NCBI GenBank assembly: GCA_024626585.2
Contig: JANKJI020000002.1
Span: forward strand, 15,599,399-15,620,428
Origin: Ginkgo biloba
Lineage: Eukaryota > Plantae > Ginkgophyta
DNA length: 21,030 bases
Reading direction: 5' to 3'
The notes below the pieces were generated by a model. It was not told the origin of the DNA. It saw only the letters and a program-made list of their open reading frames with translations, and did not search any database. The position numbers and the translations under genes were made by a program. This document shows positions 10,601 through 19,106 of this stretch, piece after piece; position 1 is the stretch's first letter, and every line of letters starts with the position of its first letter.

Positions 10601-11840
10601 GTGGTGAAGGGATGATCATTAATTTCATGTCCCTTTTCCACCATCTCACCATACAAAGTGAAAATAAATTTAAGATTCATATAAATTTTCATTCGATTTA
10701 ATTTGAATCAATTTTGTTTTAATTTTTTTACGAATGGATCTAAAATTTGTATTCGATTTCTTTTTTTTCTTGCAAAAATGGACATTATTTTCTTAGTATT
10801 ATAGTATAGTATAGATGTGTGCCTGTATTTTATCTAGGGTTATTTTATTATTTTTATACTTAGATATATTGGCTAATTTATATTCATTTATAATTTTTTT
10901 TAATTTTATAAAGGCTACATGTGATTTATAAAATAGTGTTAGACTATTTTTCTCCATGTTTTCTCTATATACATAAAAATAGATTTTTCTCTATGTGCAA
11001 ATCCTAACCCCTTTTGTACATTAAGTAATATATTAATATAAAATACCCTTTATCCCCTTTGTATACAATTTTATATAATTTTTAAAATCTTTAATTAAAA
11101 AAATCCTTGTATAATGCACATTGTATGTACAAAAAATCTTTAATGACTCCCCTGGATTGTCTCCACACGCTGTTAATAATAAATCGAATGTGCTTATGGT
11201 GTACACCTTGAAATTATTTCTACAACATTAAATCCCCCTCTTTTTTCGTGATATTTGTACTACATTGATTCTATGAAAGATATTTCGATGGTTTAAAAAA
11301 TCCATTATACCATGAACCTTATGCAAATCAAATTAATTTTTTTTTGAAACTCTCATGATTTTCATATTAATATAATAGTTAATTGGTTGAAGTGTTGAGT
11401 TAAAATCTATTTATTTTTTCACATAATCTTTAAAAGACAATGTTATTGAGTGCATGTGTGTGCACACTACAAACTATTATCTTCACAAAGTATTAATTAT
11501 AAATCAAATGTGTTTATAATGAAATTGTTTCTACCACATTAAAATTCTCTCTCCCCCTCTCCTCCCCCGCGTGAGCCTGCCATCGAAACCTCGCTTGGAA
11601 AAACAAAAATCAGGGAAAACAACAAACGTTGAAAGTAAGACTGTTGTAATGTTTATAGTCGGCGCACCATGATTTGGTTGGTGGAGACACTGCCCCGTCC
11701 CAATAGAATTTCTGTATTTAGACATTCGCATTTCTCCATCGACACTTTAGCTAAGGTCCAAACATTCATTTCCTGTTCATTGTATGATTTTCGATTCAAG
11801 CTGGACTGCACGGCCCACAGGATCACAAATCAGACCGCAG

Positions 11841-11877
11841 TACGTGTCACACAGACGACACGTAAATGATGACGTGG
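11841..11877. promoter_or_regulatory. ABRE/ACGT-box cluster upstream of the SUT gene
   Basis: TACGTGTC (11841-11848) and its exact inverted copy GACACGTA (11857-11864), then TGACGTGG (11870-11877). ACGTGTC and ACGTGG are established bZIP/ABF cores; function here is inferred. Confidence 0.6.
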
Positions 11878-12120
11878 ATTTTATTCTGCTGCAGAAAGAA
11901 TCTGAAGATGATTGGCGCGAATGTGCTCGAGCGTTTCTAGCATTGCCATTTGCCCATGTCCTATTTCACTCCCAACTTGTATCATTCAATCCACTTTATC
12001 CCTCAAATGCAGACAAATTCAACCAAATTCATTCTATATGTAGTCAAATTCCATGGAATTTGTCCTAGGCGATCAGAAATTCAACCAATGTCCAAATTCC
12101 AGTGGGCAGGCGGCGCAGGC

Positions 12121-12175
12121 CTTATCCGAAGCCTGAAAATCCTGTATTGAGATGTTACATTCTGCATCTATATAA
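12121..12175 (+). promoter_or_regulatory. Candidate core promoter: CTTATCC (I-box/TATCC sugar-response core) and TATA box TATATAA
   Basis: CTTATCC at 12121-12127; TATATAA at 12169-12175, 60 bp before ATG 12236. Both could instead lie in a 5'UTR intron. Confidence 0.35.
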
Positions 12176-12235
12176 TTACAATGCATGCCTTCTCACTTTT
12201 ACTTATGCAATTGGGCACTCATTTTTCTTTGAATA

Positions 12236-12761
12236 ATGACATTTTCTGCAGAAAGTCATAACTTGACCGTTGAAGGGCAAACCATGGTGAATGAGGAGAA
12301 AGTGCAGAGAAAAAATTCTAACAAGGGAAGGCACAGAGTGCCTCTGAGATCGTTATTCAGAGTTGCATCGGTTGCTTGTGGAGTGCAGTTCGGATGGGCA
12401 CTTCAGCTATCTCTGTTAACCCCATATGTCCAAGAGCTTGGAATTCCCCATGCATGGGCCAGTTTAATATGGCTTTGTGGACCTATTTCTGGAATGCTAG
12501 TGCAGCCACTGGTAGGTCACATGAGTGATCATTGTGGGAGCTCTTGGGGTAGAAGACGCCCATTCATCCTCATGGGATCATGTCTTATTGTTTTGGCTGT
12601 GTTGATCATTGCTTATTCCTCCGACTTAGGTTTCCTTCTTGGGGATACAAGTATGTCAAAGCCCTCTGCAATTTCCATATTTGTTGTTGGTTTCTGGGTT
12701 TTGGATCTCGCCAACAATACTCTGCAAGGACCCTGCCGGGCCCTGCTTGCTGATTTCACAG
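12236..12761 (+). CDS. SUT4: Sucrose/H+ symporter, type III (SUT4/SUC4-like), coding exon 1 (partial gene)
   Basis: Intact ORF with [64 protein letters not shown] and [24 protein letters not shown], all diagnostic of SUT4-clade GPH transporters. Homology ends at the donor ACAG|GTATGT (phase 1, GT at 12762); the ORF tail MFLARLLF.. is intron. The true start may be ATG 12284. Confidence 0.95.
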
Positions 12762-12885
12762 GTATGTTTCTTGCTCGTTTATTGTTTTCAACATCCTTTG
12801 AGACAAGTTAAATTTCATGCATTGAAACGCAGAAACTGTAATCCGACTATGGACTATCAGAGTTGTAAAGTAAAAGAATAAGAGA

Positions 12886-13172
12886 CAGGGTGTCCTGACT
12901 CAATTGAGATAAAAACCGTTCTCAATATTAAAGCTGTGTCTGCCTTGGGCATATTGTTTCAGAAAATGATCAGAAAACATAACTTTTCCGTTTTGCAAAA
13001 TTATTCAGATAATTGCCAGGACACTTAGGGTGTTCAGATTGTAATTTTCGTTCTGGTACTTGGGGTAAATATTTGTCCAGGTAATGATCGGAAAACATGT
13101 TCTTTTTGCATTGCAATTTCCGATGAATGCTTGATTCAGATAAGTGGCGGAAATTGGTATGTGAACAGTCCA
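12886..13172. mobile_element. Two tandem ~140-bp related MITE-like units with hAT-style (C/T)AGGG termini
   Basis: Unit1 runs CAGGGTGTCCTG (12886) ... CAGGACACT (~13025). Unit2 runs TAGGGTGTTCA (13026) ... TGAACAGTCCA (13172). Shared internal blocks aatgatc(a/g)gaaaacat and attcagataa. No 8-bp TSD seen. Confidence 0.45.
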
Positions 13173-14000
13173 CGTATTCTGGTTCTGATCTGAAAATTGT
13201 GTGTATACATTGAATTTTTATTGCTTTTTAGCTAACATGAAAAGCTCACCTTTCTGGCATCGATCGTATTCCGGCCATAGCCAGAATTGGACATCTGCTG
13301 GTCAAAATTTTTTCCAGAACTTATTGGAAAAGTTTGAAGGCAGACATTGGAAAATTTGGTCGGTAAAGTCAAATTTTCTGGAACTGATAGGGAAAAAAAA
13401 TTCTATGTAGATAGCATGTGCTGAAAATGACGAGTTCAGAAAATATCAAGGTTGCATGGGTGCGCGGGGACGGGGNNNNNNNNNNCAACAATACGTTTAC
13501 AATTTGAACCTTTGCATCTTTTTTGATAATGGTTAGGAACATAATAATTCAAATTGTGTTTTATGCTGGTTGGAAAATAACTCCTGTGCACTTCAAAAAA
13601 TTTATGGGAGGTAGACTCTTTGAACAAAAGTGGAGGCCTTTGCCTGGTAAGAACCTGCACATGGTTATTGGAAACTACAATGAAACTATGAATGTATGTG
13701 GCTTTATTAAGAAACATGATTTCAAATAATAGTCCAATAACAATTTCCAATGTGAACTGTGTATCACATTGTGTAGCCTTCAATAGAAAAAATGTAGTCA
13801 GTAAATTAAATTTATTTTTTTAACATACTCAGACCTCGCCATCTAGATTCCAAAGAACTCAAAAAGAAGAAATCACCAAAAAGTTAGGTTTTGAAGCCAT
13901 NNNNNNNNNNNNNNNNNNNNNNNNNNNNNNNNNNNNNNNNNNNNNNNNNNNNNNNNNNNNNNNNNNNNNNNNNNNNNNNNNNNNNNNNNNNNNNNNNNNN

Positions 14001-15748
14001 ATTACCTTCGATAGGGACAAAAAAAAAGGAGTTATTTTTTGTGGACATTATGGAAGACATCTGACACCAAGTTGTAGTATAATAGTAAGTACCACCCACA
14101 GACTGATGGAAAGATGGAAGTGGTAAATTGGTTTTTAGAAAATTTATTACAGATCTTGGTAGGAAGTATACCCAAGCAGTGGGATTTTATGTTGGTGTAG
14201 GTGGATTTTTCTTATAATATCTTAATGAATATATCAATATGTCTATCACGCATTCAAATTATGTATACAAGGATGCCAAGGATGGTCGTGGATGTAGTGG
14301 AGTTACCAAGAGATAAATGAGTCAATGATGATGAAAAAGCATTGTTAGAGAAAATAAAATAGGTCCATGAGGAGGTAAAGTGATGGCTTATGAGGAGAAA
14401 TGATAACTATAAATAAATAGTGAATCAACATCGCTGACATAAGGATTTCAATGTTGGAGAAGTAGTTATGGTATATTTTTATAAGGATATATTTCTAACA
14501 GGAATGTATAATAAGCTACAGTATAAGAAAATAGGGTTGTGTCAAGTCATCAAGAAGATAAATGAGAGTTCCTATGAAGTGGATTTTCCTAACGACTATG
14601 ACATTTATCAATATTCAACATCACCAACTTGTACGACTCTCCAGGAGAAGATGAGGAGTTTGAAGAGGAAGAATATGACTGGTGATATCACATGCTAAAG
14701 AGAAAGAAGGAAGAAGTACTAGACTAAAAGGTGGCAAAGGGAAGGAGGGGTTATTATAACTAGTATTTAGTAAAGTAGAAAGGGTTGCCATAGGAGGATA
14801 ACACATGGATCACTGAGGAGTATATCAAAGAGTTGGATGAAGAGAAGAGGAAGAGGTTTAAGGAGTAGAATGAGTAAGATCTCGTGTAAATATTTGTTCT
14901 TAGGAGGATGATATAGGAGAAATGCCAAATTTTTAGGTTTAGTCATAGTATGGATGTTTGACACTAATAGATAGGGCATGGAGGACTGTTAATAAGGTAC
15001 GCTGGCAACAATCAATGAATAGAGAAAGGTTTTGGAAATATAACATAAGGTTTTGCATGAGTGAGATTGACGATGATAATCAACACCAATAGATGGATAA
15101 CTGATAGTGGCAATGATAAGGTGGCTAAGAGACAAAAGGGTCAACACTAACGATAGTGAGTAGTGGCAACAACAATAGGATAACAACAACCAACCATAGT
15201 GATATCAGAATCAATAAGGAGAGGCAAAATGATGATAGACAAGGACCGAGAGTACGTATACCATTATACCATAAAGCTTTGAGAATTAGGTATTTAAATC
15301 GGTAGGTGATTGTACCCCTTTAAGTAAATAATTTAGTAGCAAGATAACTTAGGGCTCGAGGATGGTATGTTAATTCAAATGCCAAAGAATCAATGAAGAA
15401 CTTAATTTATCAACCACCAAAGGAAGAAGTGGGATACTTTAGGAAATGGTGAACACAATTAGGGGATAAGTGTAGAAGGAGGAGAGGGACTNNNNNNNNN
15501 NNNNNNNNNNNNNNNNNNNNNNNNNNNNNNNNNNNNNNNNNNNNNNNNNNNNNNNNNNNNNNNNNNNNNNNNNNNNNNNNNNNNNNNNNNNTTCTATTAT
15601 TTTCTTGCTAATTGTGCATTCATTTTGTTGATATTTAAATTGTATTGTTTCATGTTTCGTTTTTCTCTTTCTTATTCTTTTCTAGGGAGTTAAATGAGGG
15701 GAGTTCCTTTGTATTTTATTTTCCTTCCTTCGTAAGATCCATGCAACA
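14001..15748 (+). mobile_element. 3' part of a CRM-like chromovirus (Ty3/gypsy): integrase, type II chromodomain, PPT and 3' LTR
   Basis: Integrase: ITFDRD..FLWTLWK..DTKL*YNSKYHPQTDGKMEVVN..LENLLQ.LVG..PKQWD...HR*HKDFNVGEVVMVY..K..F..G.YNKLQ.KKIG.C.V.KKINE.SYEVDFP...IFNITNLY. Then an acidic linker and EEVLD*KVAKGRRGYYN*YLVK*KGLP*EDNTWITEE (~14711-14820). Purine run AGGAGGA (14902-14908) abuts TGATATAGG (LTR start 14909; CRM LTRs begin TGATG). Probable LTR end GATCCATGCAACA at 15748. The 5' part is lost in the 13901-14000 gap. Confidence 0.88.
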
Positions 15749-15947
15749 GTTATTGTGAAGTATTATGTTATTTTTACTCTATTATTTGGTTGCAATTTTG
15801 ATGTTCTCTTCTCAAAGGCAAAAAACACAAACAACATAGCACTCATTAAACTTATTTCACAATGCCAAAATTCAAAAAAAAAATTACATATATAATTTTT
15901 CATTGATGCTTATGGTTGAGCAACTATTGCAAATACTTCACATAATA

Positions 15948-15986
15948 GTTGCCCGTGGCAATTACTTGCCACATGCAACGTGCTAG
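15948..15986 (+). mobile_element. Helitron 3' terminus
   Basis: GC-rich hairpin GTTGCCCGTGGCAA-ttac-TTGCCACATGCAAC (12/14 bp paired), then gtgCTAG and a T at 15987. This matches the canonical Helitron hairpin + CTRR|T end. The 5' TC end was not located. Confidence 0.75.
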
Positions 15987-16277
15987 TTATATACTATATA
16001 GATATTTTATATAACTTGAATTGTAAATGGTGCGATTCGGCACTATCTACACGAATACACTATTACATCGATGGCATTATTTCATCTGAAATGGAAAAGA
16101 ACTATTATCGCACTAATCCGTCCAAAAAATTTTCTATGATAAGCATCCTCCTCGTAATCTGAATCGCCCTGGGTTGCCTCCGATTTTCCATTAGAACTAT
16201 TTTTAATCACAAATTGATTAAATATTATATCAAAATAGTAACATTTTTTGAAATTTTATCTCTCTCTACATTCTCTC

Positions 16278-17225
16278 TGTCAATAGGTGTATGATCTCAT
16301 GCTGTAGTCATAAAGTAGAGATAAAACAGAGAAATGGTTGTTCCTCTCTAACGCTTTGTAGATTGCCCAACCTATAGAGATGCTACACTTGGTCAGAGAT
16401 GATCTGCATGCTCCTTTGGTAAGTGAATGAAGAGAGAGGCATTTCAAGCCTACCTACAATGTAGAGGAAGCCCTCCAATTCATGTCTGTCGATCATCTCA
16501 AACTTACAAAGAAAACCCTCCATTTCAAATTTGCAAACCCATCATTGAACACACCAAGAGATTGTTGGGCTATAATCCTTAATTTCAAATCTGTAAAATT
16601 TAACATTTTCTCGACTTCCAAAGGAACCCATCGTTTGTTTTTAGAGGCTGGGGTGAGGATGGTCACTTTAAATAAAACTGAGGAAGGAATCTGTGCTCTT
16701 ACCTCCTTCCTCCTCAATGGAACCCAACTGGGCTTTCATCCTTGCACACTATTTTCACACTTTTCCTTTCTCTCTCTTTTCTCATCTTCAACAACTGTTT
16801 GTTGTTGCAATCTATGGAGACAGTATGGTGAGTGCAACGGTCATGCTTTGGAAATGGTCTTGACGTACCCGCTTCTCCATTTTCAGGACTCCTAATAGGA
16901 TTTTCCAATCCGGCTTAATGAAAGACAGAGACCTCCATTTTAAATCTGTAAAGCCATTTATATACAGGTCATGCACTTACGGACAAGAGTCCGTTATTGA
17001 ACAAATGTCATGTATAGAAACGTCAGTTACAATATCGTCAGTTACAATATCTCGTGTATTCATACATGTATCGGGTCTTGTACAAACTAATTGAATGAGT
17101 TGTTTTGAGGGTATTGGTAGTCCAATTCTACCATAATCCTATGTTATTGTATCTGTGCTTGTTCATTCCTTTTCTGTAGTGTTAGATCAAATTCTAATAT
17201 CATTTTTCAATATTTGGTATCAGAG
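16278..17225 (+). mobile_element. LTR retrotransposon 5' LTR (start uncertain) with tRNA-iMet primer-binding site
   Basis: LTR end ..TTTTCAATA (17212; CA>TA decay), 2-nt spacer, then TGGTATCAGAG (17215-17225), the standard plant iMet PBS. Contains a perfect 15-bp tandem duplication cgtcagttacaatat (17021-17050). The 5' boundary at TGTCAA (16278) is a guess. Confidence 0.65.
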
Positions 17226-17819
17226 TTGAAAGTTATCTTTACCCTGGTTTGTTGTTAAAATCAAATTCATTGTTGATGTTGATTTATTTATGATTTTGAT
17301 TTGATAGAGAAAAAATAATGTCCAATGTTCTAGGGTATCCTTGGTCTGTCTTTTATAATTTTGTTTGTGTGAGTTTAATGGTGAATTCAATGGCTAATTC
17401 ACCGTTGGTCTATCTTTCATAATTTAAGTTGAAGAACGTGAAGATCACCGTGATTGTGGTAACACGTAGAAAGATAATTATTGGTGAACGATGAACTATT
17501 GTTGAAGAATTTAGAAACACTGGGGAACGTGAATAAAACGCTATGCAAGAACATTGTTTAAGGATATCCCACTCAGTCGAAAGAACGATGCTCCGGTGGG
17601 ATGAAGCCTATACCCGTGGGGCACTAGAAGTTGTTGTGAGTTGGAACATAGTCTATTTGTTGTTATTACATGGATAAGAAAAGATAATAATATCCACTAA
17701 GATTTTTAAAATGAAGAAATGATTCAATCAAGGGAGACAAGGTGGAAAGAAACTATGGGTACTCTTACCAAACAAGAATTATATAATGGAATGGGTAGTG
17801 ATCCTCATCTAATTCTATA

Positions 17820-18330
17820 CTCTTGTCCATTTCAATAATTATGCATTCTTTATCATGATCCATTTTCAATCCTTGTTGGTATACAACACGTCCCACTAAC
17901 TTCCCACTTGGAACAAACAACTAGCATTTTATTGGATTTGAAGCCAAGCATACCTGTTTAGAATTTTTCATACACTCTTGTATGGCCCCAATATGTTTTT
18001 ATTATTACCATAAGCTGCCCAGTCATCTTAAAAAATATGGGCCTTCTAGTAGATAAGGTCTCAAACAATTTCATAATAATTCATTGGAATGTCATCGATA
18101 CATTAGATAACCTAAAAGGAATCTTTTTATAAACAAAAATTATAAACATAGTCATAAATGTAGGTTTTGTACTATCTTTTTTTTCTAATGCTAATCTAGT
18201 TATATTAGAAAACTTGTCCAAAAAGGAACATATGTCATGTTCTACAATTTCTTCTAAGATCATATCCATGAATGGGAGTCGAAAAGCCTCCTTTTATTGA
18301 TTTCACTCAATTTCTGAAAGTTGATCTCAT
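17820..18330 (-). mobile_element. Degenerate Ty3/gypsy non-chromovirus (Athila/Tat-like) reverse transcriptase fragment
   Basis: INFQKLSE..KEAFRLPFMDMILEEIVEHDICSFLDKFS...KPTF...FVYKKIPFRLSNVSMTFQ*..IF*DDW (18033-18019, the YxDD equivalent)..NPIKC*LFVPSGKLVGRVV.QQGLKMDHDK. Matches FPLPFIDxILEEVAGHExYSFxDGFSGY..MPFGLxNAxxTFQR..FLDD..LNPxKCxF..GKLLGHIV. Broken 5' by a (TA)n run and a gap. Confidence 0.85.
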
Positions 18331-18462
18331 ATATATATATATGTACATATGTATATATGTATGNNNNNNNNNNNNNNNNNNNNNNNNNNNNNNNNNNNNN
18401 NNNNNNNNNNNNNNNNNNNNNNNNNNNNNNNNNNNNNNNNNNNNNNNNNNNNNNNNNNNNNN

Positions 18463-18726
18463 NGCAGGATTCTCTCACCCAACTCAAGGGTCATCCTCGT
18501 TGATTAGGTGTTTTATTGATGTAAATCTACATCAGGACATATGTCACGTCCAAAATCGATAGTTACAGTTTTGTAAGTGTATATAAACAGCACGAGGCTA
18601 TGTACATTGGTAATGCAGAGTTAATGAGAAAATGGTAGACCAATTTTATCAGGTTCTGTGTCTGTGTTCTTATTCTTGAATGTTAGACAAATTTTAGCAT
18701 TCTTATTTTACATTTGGTATCAAAGC
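18463..18726 (+). mobile_element. Second LTR 3' portion with tRNA-iMet PBS (related family to the 17212 LTR)
   Basis: ..TTTTACA (18712), TT, TGGTATCAAAGC (18715-18726), with upstream TATATAAA. Shares blocks with the 17135-17225 LTR end: ggtag.ccaatt.ta, tgt.tctgtg, tgttaga(t)caaatt.ta. Confidence 0.7.
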
Positions 18727-19086
18727 TGAGGGGCATTCTTAGCCTGTACGGGTTAGGTTCGTTGTGTTTACAAATCTGGAGAGTGATTTATTTTGGGCTT
18801 GTTCATTAAATTTTTATTTTTTTAATCCATTGTAAGGAATCTGTTACTATTTCTAAAAGAATTCTTGGTCTCAAGAATTCTACGTGTCATGATCGTGTGA
18901 AGAGTTTGTACATCGTTATAGGTTTTTGGAAGAATTCTTAGTGTGAAAGAATTCTTGAACGCATGTGTAAGTGGAGGTATTCTTGGTCTGTGCCAAAATT
19001 TGCAATTACCAGTGGAGAGCTTCAAGGTCGTCTCTGTTTATTGATCGGTTCTATGGAGAAGAAAGGTAGGTCCAAGGTCATTAAAA

Positions 19087-19106
19087 AATAATAATAATAA
19101 TAATAA
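19087..19106. repeat. (AAT)6 microsatellite
   Basis: Read directly. Confidence 0.85.

Noticed and set aside
12762-12811. ORF tail making SUT a 191-aa truncated protein
   Set aside because: Homology stops exactly at a strong donor AG|GTATGT; the tail is intron.
16482-16908. 137-aa (+) and overlapping (-) ORFs as a nested gene
   Set aside because: No recognisable domain; they lie in repeat-containing sequence leading to an LTR end and PBS.
17215-18726. Exact 1500-bp spacing of the two PBS motifs
   Set aside because: The interval includes a placeholder N-gap of unknown size, so the spacing is coincidental.
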